Shown piece after piece: positions 1 to 11,118 of a stretch of DNA of 64,000 nt. This DNA comes from an uncultured Acidobacteriota bacterium (GTDB lineage: Bacteria > Acidobacteriota > UBA6911), in the NCBI GenBank assembly GCA_963827655.1, contig CAWHCF010000022.1:128001-192000 (forward strand). The letters run 5' to 3'. The notes under the pieces are model-generated. The model made no database searches, was not told the origin of the DNA, and was given only the letters and a program-made list of their open reading frames with translations. Numbering within the stretch: position 1 is the stretch's first letter; every line of letters starts with the position of its first letter. The position numbers and the translations under genes were made by a program.

Positions 1-351
1 GCCCTGAATGGTTTTCCCTTTGAGAGGACCGGTGACTACGGCTTGCAGGGGATTCTCTCCCAGCTTGAAGACCGCTGTCCCGGAGAACACCTTCTTCTGG
101 ACGGTGATGTCCGATATCTCCCCGGAATACTGAAGTCCCCCCGGGGCTTTGATCACAATCTTTCCCTTCAGCGCGCGAGTTTCGTCTCTGGAAAAGGTTA
201 CGGTGATATCGCCGGTTGGCGGCGCCCCATCGGGGCCGGTCGCCTTGCCGGCCCACACACCCAGGAGAATCTTCGTCTCATCGGCCGCGACCAGTTCGGA
301 GATGAAAGATGCCGAAGCCAGCAGAAGAAAAAGCACGTATATTCTCCTCAC
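1..351 (-). CDS. Secreted hypothetical protein, 3' end outside window
   Basis: Not in the ORF track. My translation from GTG at 351 (GGAGGT RBS upstream) gives MRRIYVLFLLLASASFISELVAADETKILLGVWAGKATG..., open to the window edge, with a signal-peptide-like N-terminus. Confidence 0.75.
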   Translation of the reverse strand, partial: MRRIYVLFLLLASASFISELVAADETKILLGVWAGKATGPDGAPPTGDITVTFSRDETRALKGKIVIKAPGGLQYSGEISDITVQKKVFSGTAVFKLGENPLQAVVTGPLKGKTIQG

Positions 352-483
352 GTCTACCTCCAGGAACACAGGTAATCCTGCCCATGCGTCCGGTTGAGTC
401 TGGAGCAGGTTAGTTTTTGGCGACTTGCCGTTTCGTTGCGCGTTCGTGTCTTGGCGACGCCTTTTTTGAGCATGAACCACTAA

Positions 484-660
484 GGGTTCGTGCAGAAATA
501 AGTTCGCATTCTGCTGCAGGCCCCCAGGCCCGCTGGCGAGGCGCGAGCGACGATGCGGCCCGAAGGGGCGCGATCCTCGGCGTGCTTGGCGAACAGAAAC
601 CGGTTCATGATTGACCACCGACTCTCGCGCCAGAATGTGAAGTTATTTCTGCGCGAGCCC
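484..660. mobile_element. MITE-like element, copy 1 (177 bp)
   Basis: About 30-bp imperfect TIRs (GGGTTCGTGCAGAAATAAGTTCGCATTCTG ... CAGAATGTGAAGTTATTTCTGCGCGAGCCC), with TAA directly on both sides. A related copy lies at 29137-29360. Confidence 0.8.
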
Positions 661-676
661 TAAGACGCGACGGGCG

Positions 677-1558
677 CTAAGCGCCCCGATGGTTCGCCAG
701 CAGGCCTCGGATGTAGCCCACGGACTCTGCCAATCCAGGCAAAGGATCGTCGGCATCCTTCTCATATTCGAAGGCAACCTGATAGGAATACTTGATATCC
801 AGCAGGGCCTTGAGAATGGATTTCAGGTCCAGGACGCCGCGGCCGACTTCGACGTTGTTCGCTTTCGGCTGCGTGTCCATGAGATCTTTGATGTGCAGGT
901 CATAAAGCCGGGCGCGGCACTTGAGAATGGCTTGCGCGGGATCGACCTTAGCGCGCGCCGTGTGGCCCACGTCAATGCACAACCCGATCCTTTTGTCGTA
1001 AGGCTCGACGGCTTTCCAAACGTCATGGGGAGAGGGAAAACGCTTGTCCTCCGGCCCATGATTATGGATCGCAAGTTTGATATCGAACTCTTTTACCATT
1101 TTATCGAGGATCGGCATCGATTCGGGCGCCGGGCTGCAAACGATCGTCGGAATACCCGCATCGCGCGCATATTGAAAGGCCGCGCGCACGTTGGCCTCGT
1201 CATTCTGCATCGAAATATTCCCGCAACTCAGCGGCGTAATCCCCGCGTCCTTGAACTTCTGAACCACGGCGCGACGTTCCTCGGGAGTACTCTTGAGGGA
1301 AAGGTGGAAATCCTTGATGGAGACGTAGTGCAAGCCAACGCGCTGAATCGCCTTGATCGCGGCGTCCAGTGGTAGTTTTCTCAGTGTGTAGGATGCCACC
1401 CCGACTTTGAGCCCGCGCCAGGGGTCGGCATCGTTAGCGGCGAATCCTCCCCAACCCATGGCCGAAGGCCGGAATTGGGTGATCCAGGGGAACAGCGTGG
1501 CTGCCAGAGCGCTGGTTTTGATTAAGTCACGTCGCGAAGACTTGCAGGGGTCAGACAT
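677..1558 (-). CDS. Sugar phosphate isomerase/epimerase (xylose isomerase-like TIM barrel), Tat-exported
   Basis: SRRDLIK twin-arginine-like signal; AIHNHG, IDVGH, LHIKD and FEYE metal-binding motifs. Confidence 0.85.
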   Translation of the reverse strand: MSDPCKSSRRDLIKTSALAATLFPWITQFRPSAMGWGGFAANDADPWRGLKVGVASYTLRKLPLDAAIKAIQRVGLHYVSIKDFHLSLKSTPEERRAVVQKFKDAGITPLSCGNISMQNDEANVRAAFQYARDAGIPTIVCSPAPESMPILDKMVKEFDIKLAIHNHGPEDKRFPSPHDVWKAVEPYDKRIGLCIDVGHTARAKVDPAQAILKCRARLYDLHIKDLMDTQPKANNVEVGRGVLDLKSILKALLDIKYSYQVAFEYEKDADDPLPGLAESVGYIRGLLANHRGA

Positions 1559-1746
1559 TTCAATCTCCTTGCTTTTTTAGAACCCGGCGTATTGTCAAGA
1601 GGTTGCCATCTGCGCGAGATTATCACGACCGGCTCATTTCGGGAAAGGTGCTTTGCGTCTGCGCGTCTTTGTTATTGCCGGGAAACATGAGCTTGCTTTT
1701 GGTCCGAGAGCGCGGTATGTAGAACGGCGCAACGCGGAGGTGATCA

Positions 1747-2217
1747 ATGGACGCTGCGGCACGCAAGGAATTGGTCAACAAATACAAGGATGGTTACCGG
1801 GCCGTAGTCGAAGCTCTCGAGAGAATCAGCGATCGAGAGCTGGACGCCCGGACTGCGCCCGGAAAATGGTCGGCGCGGGAGATCGTTCACCATCTAGCCG
1901 ACAGTGAAATGACTTCGGCCATCCGCCTGCGACGCCTGATTGCCGAGGAGCGCCCCGTGATTTCGGGTTACGACGAAGAGGAGTTCGCGCGCCGGCTGCA
2001 CTACGACCGGCCCATCGAGTCATCCCTTGAGGCAATCCATGCCGCCCGCAGCTCGACGGCGGATCTTCTGGACCGGTTGACCGAGGCAGAGTGGGGACGC
2101 GAAGGTACCCATACCGAAAGCGGACGTTACACCGTCGAAAACTGGCTGGAAATTTATGCCAGGCACGCCCACAATCACGCCGAACAGATCCGGCGCGCGC
2201 GCGCCAGCGTGAAGTAA
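1747..2217 (+). CDS. DinB family protein
   Basis: PGKWSAREIVHHLADSE and C-terminal HAHNHAEQI motifs; GGAGGT RBS. Confidence 0.9.
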   Translation: MDAAARKELVNKYKDGYRAVVEALERISDRELDARTAPGKWSAREIVHHLADSEMTSAIRLRRLIAEERPVISGYDEEEFARRLHYDRPIESSLEAIHAARSSTADLLDRLTEAEWGREGTHTESGRYTVENWLEIYARHAHNHAEQIRRARASVK

Positions 2218-2268
2218 ACCTGCGGAACAGATACCCCCAAGACGCAAAGACACGAAGACAGCGGGGAG

Positions 2269-4538
2269 CTAGAATCGGGGGCGGGTCTTCTTGCGAACCG
2301 CCTTCTTGGAAGATTTCCTGAGCTCGTCCAGGATCTGCGCGCCGGCCGCGCCTTTGAACTCCTGATTGAAGCGATTCAAGGCCAGCGACACCACGTCGCG
2401 GTGATGGAATTCGCCCTCGGGTACTTTCTCGGTTATTTCCAGCCAGATCCGGTGGATCAGCTCGATATCCTCAGGAGCGAGATCCGGCACGTGCGCGCCG
2501 ATCTGGAAGCGGTGCGGTTCGCCGCGGTCAGCAGACGATGACGAACTCGAACTGGGTCTTGTCCGGATCGTCGATCTCCTCCCAGGCCTTTCCAACCAGG
2601 TGCGCCTGGGTAGTGATCGAGAGCTTCTCTGAAGCGCCGGCGTACATCCGTATGCAGCCTAGCAGGACTGCGGTGTTCACAGTGGCCGAAAACGGATTAT
2701 TGGACGGTACGGTCAGCAGCTTCACCGGCTTTCCCATCTTCTCGGCAGTAGCTACGACCCGGGTGAACAGCAACTGCTCGAATTCGGTGAACAGGTGCTC
2801 ATCGAAGATCTCGCGGTATCCTGCCGCGCTCCCTTGAATAATGCGGGCGGTCATGACGACCACGTCGTTTTCTTTGGTATCGGTCTCGGATAGCGCCAGC
2901 GTGAGCTGCTTCAGATTATTGTAATCCCGCGCCGTGACCAGAACGGGCGCCGCGCGCACCTTCACGACGTCGAGGTCGATTTTCTCTTCCCTGATCAGCT
3001 GAAACTGATCGAGTCCCGTTCCTTCTCGCTTCCGTTTCGCAACCCGCTCGGAGATGGTGAACAGAGTGAAGAATGCCGCGGTGAACACCAGGCCGCTGAT
3101 CGTAGCGACCTGCTTTGTCAGGAGATTCACGGTTGCAGTAGCAAGAAGGACCAGGAGCACAAGAAGTATGCCGAGAGGAATTTCCTTGCGTCCCCACCGG
3201 ATGTTGAGCGGCACTCTCCATTCGCGTGGTTCGCGGTTCTTGAAGCGAAGGACGAACATCGACAAGGAATTGAAGACAAAGCTCCAGAGCACCCCAAACG
3301 CATACGCCTCGCCCAGCACGTACGTGTCTCCGCCGCTTGCCACGACAGTGCCGATCTGGAGAATCACGATCAGGTTTATGATCCGGTACGATGTTCCATA
3401 GCGGCGGTGAGGCTGCCGAAACCAGCTGGAAAGAACGCCATCTTCAGAAACGCGGTTGAGAACGCCATTGGAGCCTATGATCGACGTGTTGACCGCGCCT
3501 GAAAGCATGAGAAAGCCGACGAGAACCACGAAGAGTTGAAAGGCCAGACGCAGCGGATAGGGCCCCACGACGTTCATGGCGAGACCGCTGATGAGGTTCT
3601 CGTGGAATTCCGGCCTGGTCGAATCCGGAATGATCATGACGGCGAAGAAAGAGACTAGCGAGGTAAACAGAATGCTGAAGACGAATATCACCAGCGCGGC
3701 GCGTTTGAGGTTTTTGACTTTGGGGTAGGCGATCTCCCGGTTGACCTGGGCTAAAGACTCTTCTCCGCTCATGGCCAGTATCGAGTGCCCGAAGGCGATC
3801 AGTATGCCGAGCAACCCTATCGTCTTTACCCAATCCGTTCCATGAAGCCATCCCAGGGATTCGGGCGAGAACGTGAGATTTTCCGGGACCGGCGCGGGTG
3901 GCAAGTTCCCCCCTCGAACCAGGAGGGTGGTTCCACACCAGACGATCATGAGTACCACCATGACGGTCGTGACCTGCATGATTCGCAGGGCCTTGTCGCT
4001 GCTTTCGTGGATCCCTATGACGTTCTTGCGCCAGAAATAGAGGGTAACGGCAATGGCGGTAACGGCGGCTCCCGGTCCCCTGGGGAATTGCCCATTGGAG
4101 TCCCATCAGGTGGAACACCTCGTTTACCAGCCCAACCAGGTATTGCCCGGCAGAGACGCCACTGATCGGACCGGTGAGAACGTAGTCGAACATCAGGGCC
4201 GAGACACTGAACTTGGCCAGCTTCGCACCCAGAGCCGCCTTGACCACCCGGTACACACCGCCGCGCACGAACAGGACGCACGATTCGATGTATACTGCAC
4301 GGACCGCGTAAGAAAAACACATCACCCCCAGAACGAACCAGGGTGCGGCGCTGCCAACTGCCTTCTCGGAAATGCCCCCGACATAGAAAGCCGATGAGCC
4401 AAGATCGCACAGGACGATAGCGGCCGCCCTCCAGAAGGAGATGAAGGTCAGCATGACCGAAGTAGCTACAACGATGGGGATGCGCTGGGGTAAAGGAGAG
4501 GGTTCTTCTGGAGATTCGGGGACCGCTTTGTCAGACAT
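2269..4538 (-). pseudogene. APC family amino acid permease with cytoplasmic C-terminal domain, two frameshifts (about 4075 and 2531); may be sequencing indels
   Basis: The N-terminus (WRAAAIVLCDLGSSAFY, FDYVLTGPISGVSAG) continues in a shifted frame (AAVTAIAVTLYFWRKNVIGIHESSDKALRIMQV, ORF 2528-3979) and shifts again into ADRGEPHRFQIGAH (ORF 2269-2595). Confidence 0.75.
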
Positions 4539-4796
4539 GTACCAATGGAGGCAGGTGAAGAATAGAGTACAGGCCTGCCCCGTAACCGGCGAATTATACT
4601 CCCTTTTCGGCTGGTCTGGAAGGTCGCGTTTCTTCGAGTCTTCGTGTCCTGGAGGTACTTTGTTCCGCTCTAACCCACGAAGACGCGAAGACCCTTAAGC
4701 AACGCCAGGTTGGTCTGAATGGGGCACTTATAATTTTTTGGATTGAACCAAGAAGCGAGAAGGTCTACTCTTATTGATCTGACAGGACGCAGAGTC

Positions 4797-5972
4797 ATGA
4801 GTTTTCAGCTACCCGGTTGGATCAAGGAATTATTGGGAAAGGAACCGCCGACTCAAGCGTCGCTGTTTCATTATATTAAGACCGAGCCTGAACCCAGCGT
4901 CTGGTCCACTCTGGATTTCAGCGTACTGCGCCATCCGATTCAGTTCATCAAATTCATCAAAGAAGAGTGGAAGGCTCCTCGCACACGTCCATCCCTGTTC
5001 CACTACATCGAAGAAGAAGACCTTGTCGGCCAAGAATTTACCTGGAAAGAGTTTTTCCGCGACCTGTTTTTCGGTTCTCCCGCTCCATCGTTCATACCAG
5101 GGGTTTTGTCGGATCCGTACGGCATCGCCGCAGACCCGAAGGAGGTCCGGGCGGCGCGGCGGCGCTCAATAATTATTTCATCCCTGCTCCACGTAGTCCT
5201 TATCACGCTTGCAATAATCATAGTTCACAGACAGACCGAGCCGCTACCACCTAAAGACAACATAGTTTTCGTAGCTCCCCCGATTTTCTTCCCATTCGAA
5301 GGGGACGGGCGCGAAGGCGGCGGCGGCGGCGGCGGCGGAAAGAACGAACCAAAACCGCCGCCGGAAGGAAGAATTCCCGAGACTGCTCCGGTCCAACTCC
5401 GTCCACCGGATCCCGATCAACCCCAGCCGCTGATGCCATCCGAAGAGGAGCTCGCGGCCACAATCCAGATGCCCATTGAAATCCCTCAGGACGTGACCCT
5501 TCCGGTTGGAGATATTCAGGCGCCGCCCAGTGAGCTGCGCTCGTCAGGTTCCGGCTCCGGCGGCGGGATCGGCACGGGAAAAGGAACAGGGATCGGATCG
5601 GGCGAGGGTCCCGGCGTTGGGCCAGGAAGGGGAGGTGGAATGGGAGGAGGCTCTGGCGGCGGAATAGGCGCCGGCACGGGCCCCTATGTCGTCGGAGGCG
5701 GTGTTCGGTCTCCGATCCCTCTACTTCAGCCGTTGCCACCCTACACGGAAGCAGCGCGCAAGGCCCGAGTCGAAGGGCTGGTTCTGCTTCAGGCGGTCGT
5801 CCGGAAAGACGGTACGGTCGACAGCTTTCGAGTGTTGCGCGGCTTGGGATACGGTCTGGACGAGTCCGCCATCAATACTATTGCCACCAAGTGGCGCTTC
5901 AAGCCGGGCACCCTCAATGGAACAGCCGTCGACGTTCAGGCCAATATCGAGATTTCGTTCCGTCTTTACTAA
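4797..5972 (+). CDS. tonB: Energy transducer TonB with N-terminal extension
   Basis: TM helix SSLLHVV with conserved His, Pro/Gly-rich linker, TonB_C domain (PPYTEAARKARVEGLVLL...GLGYGLDESAI...WRFKPG). Start placed at ATG 4797. Confidence 0.9.
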   Translation: MSFQLPGWIKELLGKEPPTQASLFHYIKTEPEPSVWSTLDFSVLRHPIQFIKFIKEEWKAPRTRPSLFHYIEEEDLVGQEFTWKEFFRDLFFGSPAPSFIPGVLSDPYGIAADPKEVRAARRRSIIISSLLHVVLITLAIIIVHRQTEPLPPKDNIVFVAPPIFFPFEGDGREGGGGGGGGKNEPKPPPEGRIPETAPVQLRPPDPDQPQPLMPSEEELAATIQMPIEIPQDVTLPVGDIQAPPSELRSSGSGSGGGIGTGKGTGIGSGEGPGVGPGRGGGMGGGSGGGIGAGTGPYVVGGGVRSPIPLLQPLPPYTEAARKARVEGLVLLQAVVRKDGTVDSFRVLRGLGYGLDESAINTIATKWRFKPGTLNGTAVDVQANIEISFRLY

Positions 5973-6072
5973 AAAGAGGCGTTCTCTGCTTTTCGAGTCA
6001 CAACGTTGACCCCATTGATCACGCCCGCAGCCTTTTGCAAGGTTAGGTTACAAGGAGCCAGCAGAATCCATC

Positions 6073-6483
6073 ATGATGTCAACAGCCAACAAAAAAGGCT
6101 ATAAGTCAGATATCAATATCACTCCCTATATCGACATATTGCTGGTGATGCTGATTATCTTCATGGTTGCCACTCCTATCCGGCAACACGACCTTCCAGT
6201 GCGTGTGCCGCAACCGGCGCCGCCAGACCAACCCAAGGTGCTGCGTCCGGACACCATCATTCTTGAAGTCGCCGGTGACCACACGATTACCCTCAATAAG
6301 CAGCCCGTGCCTCTGAGCGACCTCGAGTCCACGCTCAACGCGATTTATCGCGCGCGCGCGAACAAGCATATGTTCCTGAGAGGTAACTCCGAGTTGCCTT
6401 ATGGCGAGGTATTCAATGTCCTCGACATTGCGAAACGCGCGGGCGTCATGGATATTGCTCTGCTCGCGGGTTCCCTTCCCTGA
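6073..6483 (+). CDS. exbD: Biopolymer transporter ExbD/TolR
   Basis: SDINITPYIDILLVMLIIFMV motif; LPYGEVFNVLDIAKRAGV. Confidence 0.92.
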   Translation: MMSTANKKGYKSDINITPYIDILLVMLIIFMVATPIRQHDLPVRVPQPAPPDQPKVLRPDTIILEVAGDHTITLNKQPVPLSDLESTLNAIYRARANKHMFLRGNSELPYGEVFNVLDIAKRAGVMDIALLAGSLP

Positions 6484-6615
6484 CGCCATCGGGTCTCCGC
6501 TCTTTGAACCACTAAGACCGAATGACGCTAAGAAACACAACGCAGCCGTGAGGCCGCGACCATTGCCCCGGCAATGTATCGTCGGTTTTCGCGCGCTGAC
6601 CGCTGGGACGGGACT

Positions 6616-7290
6616 CTATTCCGCGCGTCCGCGTTTGAGCAGCCGAATCCCGAACCGCGAACTCTGGAATGGCAGATCCCCCCAAAGCTTGACCGGGCTG
6701 TAGTGCGTCGTGACCCAGCCGTATATTTCCCGTCCGTAATCCTCGCCGAAATAAGGCAACTCGTATTCACTGGTATCCTTGTGAAGCAGGACCACGTAAT
6801 CGGGAGGGTGAGCCTTGAAGGCAGCCAGCATGGTCTCTTCACCAAACATTATCAGCTCGGGAGGCATGAAATTAATGTAAGGCGTCGGATTAACCCGGCG
6901 GGAAAGATAATTCAGCATGACCCCCTCGGGAAGAACGAGAAGGGTGTCCTTCGGGCTCAATCGGCGTTGGATTTCCTCCAGGAGCGGATTGATGAAATGG
7001 GCGCGCCCATCCGTCCGGATCAAGTCGGAGCCGCTTCCCACCGCATAAGTCTTGTGGTTAAGCACTCTCTCGAAGCCGCGGAGCAGATCAGTTCCGGCGA
7101 GCAGTAGAAGGGCCAGGGAACCCGCGCGAAACCGTAGTGGGCTACCTGCACTTTGAAAAGAATCTTTGTCAGCAGGACCAAGCCGAAGGTAGCGAGCATC
7201 ATACGCACTACCATCCGCTGCCGCGCCTCCGGGCTCAGGCCTGGTTTCAGAAACGCGGCGCAGCACGCCGCGCCCAGCGCAAGCATGACC
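6616..7290 (-). pseudogene. C-terminal remnant of an ArnT/GT-C-like membrane protein
   Basis: TM segments (frame of ORF 7020-7286) shift into a periplasmic domain (LLVLPEGVMLNYLSRRVNP...PPDYVVL). No credible N-terminal half is present. Confidence 0.5.
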
Positions 7291-7364
7291 GCCGTCCTCG
7301 AGCAAGATGACGATCTGAGATCATTGGCTTCGCAACGGCCTCTGAAAGTACAATGCGCGGGTGA

Positions 7365-9320
7365 ATGAGATCAACCCCTAGGGTCATGACCGGGAATATG
7401 GCGCTCTCTTCGGAAACGAAAAAAACGGGAAAACGCAAGCGTAAGGATCTCTCCGGTTCGGGCAGGGCCTCCGCGCAAAAGCCGCTTGCGCCGCAGGAAC
7501 GTTTGCAGAGACGGTGGTGGCTTGTGCTGATAGCGGTTTGGGCGATCAGCGGGTTGTACGTGGCCAACGGCATGCTGCGCGGCTGGGTTCCGCACGATGA
7601 GGGAACGCTGGGGCAGTCTGCCGAAAGGGTCCTGGCTGGAGAACTTCCACACCGTGACTTTGATGACCCGTACACGGGCGGGCTGAGCTACCTGCACGCG
7701 CTCGCATTCCGTCTCTTGGGAATCAACCTGGTCTCGCTACGCTGGGTCCTCTTACTCTTCTTCCTCGCATGGGTGCCTGCAGTTTACTATGTCGCATCTT
7801 GCCTCGTCTCGCCTCTCACCGCTGCGGGAGCCGTACTGCTGGCGGTTGTTTGGAGCGTGCCCAACTACTTCGCCTCGCTTCCTTCCTGGTACAACCTGTT
7901 CCTTGCGGTCTTTGGCGCCGCTTTCCTGTTTCGTCATCTCGAGACCGGAGCGAGGAAGTGGCTGTTTGCGGCCGGTGTCTGCGCAGGTCTGTCGTGCCTG
8001 ATCAAGATCGCGGGCCTCTACTATGTGGCGGCGGTCCTCCTTTTCTTGTTCTTCCGCGAGCAATCGACGTCCTCTTCCGACGCCAGCCCGAAGAAGGAGT
8101 GGGGTTACACCCTCTTCCTGGCTTTATCGCTGCTCACGTTGCTTGCGCTCCTGGTCGGGCTTGTGCAAAGTCGCCCTGAAGCGGTGGACTTCATCCATTT
8201 CGTTTTGCCCGGGGCCGCCCTGGCCGGGCTGTTGCTCTTCCGCGAATGGCGCGAATCCCATCGAAGTGATCGGGAGCGCTTCCGTTTGCTGGTCCGGCTG
8301 CTTGGACCGTTCGCGATTGGAGTCGCTGCGCCCATTGGGATCTTCCTGCTTCCTTACTTCCTTTCGAGCGGGCTGACCAACCTGGTCCACAATGTCTTCG
8401 TGGCGCCGGCCAAACGATTCACCTTCGGGCGTATGGATGCTCCCGGCCTGTTGACGCTGGTTGCTGCGTTTCCTCTGGCGGGGCTTTTCGGACTGGTTGT
8501 ATATGGACGACGGCGCATAGGATGGCTTGCCGGCGGACTGATGACGCTGCCGCTGATAGCCCTGCTTGCGTTCTCAGACAGCCCCGTCGTGTATCGAGCC
8601 GTCTGGTATTCGGTTCGTCCGCTGGTACCGTTTACGGTGTTGGCCGGAGTCTTGCTCCTGATCCGGGCGAAGGGTCTGTCAGGACTCCGGCGTCAGCAAA
8701 TCATGCTCCTGCTCAGCCTGGCGGGAATGTGCAGTCTGGTCCAATTTCCCTTTGCCGCGCCGGTCTACTTCCTCTACGTGACTCCCCTGCTGGTGCTTGC
8801 GATTGTGGCTTTCTTTTCTGACCAGACGGCATGGCCCCGGATGCTTATGGCGGCGACGCTCGGATTCTATTTCCTCTTTGCTCTGTTGCGGGTCAATCCC
8901 GGCTTCATTTATCAGATGGGTTTCGGCTACGCGCGCGATAACCAGACGGAATTGCTTGGCCTTGAGCGTGGCGGGATCCGGGTGAACCCCGGGGACAAGC
9001 AGCAGTACGAGCAGCTGGCCGCCACGCTGCGCCACCATGCTTCCGGCGGTTTCACGTATGCGACGCCGGACTGTCCCGAAGTTTATTTCCTCACGGGCCT
9101 GCGCAATCCGACCCGCACAATATTTGAATTCCTGGATGCTTCCTCAAACCGGACGGCGGGCGTCTTAGAAGCCCTGAATCGCCATCGAGTGCGCGCCGTC
9201 GCCCTGAACGGCGAACCCCAATTCTCCGGCGCTCCTCCGCCCGACCTTGCGGCCGCGCTGGCCCAGCGCTTTCCTCATGCGATGGTGATCGGAAAATTCG
9301 AGGTCAGATGGATAGAATGA
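7365..9320 (+). CDS. GT-C fold glycosyltransferase (ArnT/PMT, family 39/83-like)
   Basis: HDEG acidic motif after TM1, GELPHRDF, many TM helices, C-terminal soluble domain. The start may be 7398. Confidence 0.8.
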   Translation: MRSTPRVMTGNMALSSETKKTGKRKRKDLSGSGRASAQKPLAPQERLQRRWWLVLIAVWAISGLYVANGMLRGWVPHDEGTLGQSAERVLAGELPHRDFDDPYTGGLSYLHALAFRLLGINLVSLRWVLLLFFLAWVPAVYYVASCLVSPLTAAGAVLLAVVWSVPNYFASLPSWYNLFLAVFGAAFLFRHLETGARKWLFAAGVCAGLSCLIKIAGLYYVAAVLLFLFFREQSTSSSDASPKKEWGYTLFLALSLLTLLALLVGLVQSRPEAVDFIHFVLPGAALAGLLLFREWRESHRSDRERFRLLVRLLGPFAIGVAAPIGIFLLPYFLSSGLTNLVHNVFVAPAKRFTFGRMDAPGLLTLVAAFPLAGLFGLVVYGRRRIGWLAGGLMTLPLIALLAFSDSPVVYRAVWYSVRPLVPFTVLAGVLLLIRAKGLSGLRRQQIMLLLSLAGMCSLVQFPFAAPVYFLYVTPLLVLAIVAFFSDQTAWPRMLMAATLGFYFLFALLRVNPGFIYQMGFGYARDNQTELLGLERGGIRVNPGDKQQYEQLAATLRHHASGGFTYATPDCPEVYFLTGLRNPTRTIFEFLDASSNRTAGVLEALNRHRVRAVALNGEPQFSGAPPPDLAAALAQRFPHAMVIGKFEVRWIE

Positions 9321-9913
9321 TTTCCCGGATCATGGAACACACCCTGGTCTACCGGCTATGGCAGGCCCCTTTTGCCGAGAAAAAGCTCGCGCCGGTCTTC
9401 GCTCACAACAACCTGACGCTGGCGCGGCGCGTCCTCGACGTCGGGTGCGGACCCGGAACCAACAGCCATCATTTCGAAAGAAGCGAGTACCTGGGGATAG
9501 ATTTGAACCCGCGTTACATTGATTATGCCCGCCGTCGCTGGCGGCGCAACTTTCTTGTGGCCGACGTCACAAAATATTCCGTGGTTGGGGAGCGCTTCGA
9601 CTTTATTCTGGTGAACAGCTTTCTCCACCACATCGATGCGCCCGGCACCCGCCGCATCCTGTCGCACCTCGAGACGCTGCTCACCCACGACGGGCATGTC
9701 CATATCCTCGAACTCGTGCTGCCCGCAGAGCCTTCCCTTTCCCGCCTGCTGGCGCGCTGGGACCGCGGGGATTTTCCCCGACCGCTCGAAACGTGGCAGG
9801 AGCTTTTCAGCGAGTACTTCGAACCGGTGGTATTCCAGCCGTATCCGCTCGGCGCATTTGGCGCCACCCTCTGGAGTATGGTCTACTTCAAGGGCCGCGC
9901 GCGGGGCGCCTGA
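9317..9913 (+). CDS. Class I SAM-dependent methyltransferase
   Basis: VLDVGCGPG motif I, GIDLN, FLHH; ATGA overlap with the upstream gene. Confidence 0.9.
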   Translation: MISRIMEHTLVYRLWQAPFAEKKLAPVFAHNNLTLARRVLDVGCGPGTNSHHFERSEYLGIDLNPRYIDYARRRWRRNFLVADVTKYSVVGERFDFILVNSFLHHIDAPGTRRILSHLETLLTHDGHVHILELVLPAEPSLSRLLARWDRGDFPRPLETWQELFSEYFEPVVFQPYPLGAFGATLWSMVYFKGRARGA

Positions 9914-9917
9914 CTGG

Positions 9918-10895
9918 TCAGGCTCTCTTCTGCTTCTCCAGGTGAGCCGTCGAGGCGCCGGTCTCCCCGAACCCGACGTGGGAGCTGACGATATAGATCG
10001 GACGCTGTCGAACCTCGTCATAGACGCGGCTCAAGTACTCGCCGATGACGCCGAGCATGAACAGCTGAGCGCCGCCGACGAACAGAACGACCGCCAGGGT
10101 GGAGGCCCAGCCACGCGGGCTCGCGATATCGAGCATCTTGGTTACGATGGCCCACACCGCCAGCGCGAATCCGGCAACGGCGGCCAGAAAGCCCAGCGCC
10201 GCGGCCGCCCGAAGCGGGAGCGCCGAAAAACCGATGTAACCCGAAAGCGCCAGGCGGACGAGCTTGCGGAGCGTGTATTTCGGCACGCCGGCATGGCGCG
10301 ATTCCCGCTCGTACTCCACACCTATCTGCTTGAATCCCACCCAGCTCCGCAGGCCGCGAAGGAATCGATTTCGCTCACGCAGCGAAACCAGAGTGTCGAC
10401 CACCCTGCGATCGAGTAAACAGAAGTCTCCCGCATCGAGCGGAATATCGATTTCGGCCATCGCCCTCATGGTGCGATAGAACAGGGCATAGCCCGCCCTT
10501 TTGAGGAGACCCTCCTTGCGATTCTTCCGCTGCGCATAGACGACATCGTAGCCTTGCCGCCAGCGCTCGATCAGCTGATGGAGAATCTCGGGAGGGTCCT
10601 GCAAATCGGCGTCCATCATCACCACGGATTTTCCGGTCGCTCGATCGAGACCCGCCTGCAGCGCCGCCTGGTGGCCGAAGTTGCGTGATAGATGAACCGC
10701 CTTGACCCTACGGTCCCGTGCGTGAAAAGAGTCCAGGATTTCTGCGGAGCCGTCCTGGCTTCCGTCATCCACGAAAACAATTTCGAAGGAGCCGTGCGTC
10801 GCCTCTTCCAAGGTAGGGAGAAGGCGAGCCAGCAGATCGTCTAGATTATCGCGCTCGTTGTAAACCGGCAGGACAACCGAGAGAGTGGGAGCCAT
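9918..10895 (-). CDS. GT2 polyprenyl-phosphate glycosyltransferase (GtrB/ArnC-like)
   Basis: PVYNE, VDDGSQD, LSRNFGHQAA, MDADLQDPPE motifs; two C-terminal TM helices. Confidence 0.92.
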   Translation of the reverse strand: MAPTLSVVLPVYNERDNLDDLLARLLPTLEEATHGSFEIVFVDDGSQDGSAEILDSFHARDRRVKAVHLSRNFGHQAALQAGLDRATGKSVVMMDADLQDPPEILHQLIERWRQGYDVVYAQRKNRKEGLLKRAGYALFYRTMRAMAEIDIPLDAGDFCLLDRRVVDTLVSLRERNRFLRGLRSWVGFKQIGVEYERESRHAGVPKYTLRKLVRLALSGYIGFSALPLRAAAALGFLAAVAGFALAVWAIVTKMLDIASPRGWASTLAVVLFVGGAQLFMLGVIGEYLSRVYDEVRQRPIYIVSSHVGFGETGASTAHLEKQKRA

Positions 10896-11118
10896 CTTTT
10901 GTTCTCCTCACCGTCATTCTACTGCAGGTCGGCGTTGCATCGGCGCCTCATTTCTTCCCTGCTCAGCAGCCGTGAAGAGAACTCGATTCTGTAGCGCGGG
11001 CCTGTTTACTCACGTCTGCGCGGCAGAAAGCTTGCGGTCCTTGGAAAGACGGTAGCTTGCTCTGAACGTTACACCCAATCTTTGTATTGGTCCAGAACGC
11101 AATGGTTACGCCAGCTCG

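Noticed and set aside
4060-4090. Programmed ribosomal frameshift in the APC permease and other split genes
   Set aside because: No canonical slippery heptamer is present, and these families are not known to use recoding. Indel error or mutation is simpler.
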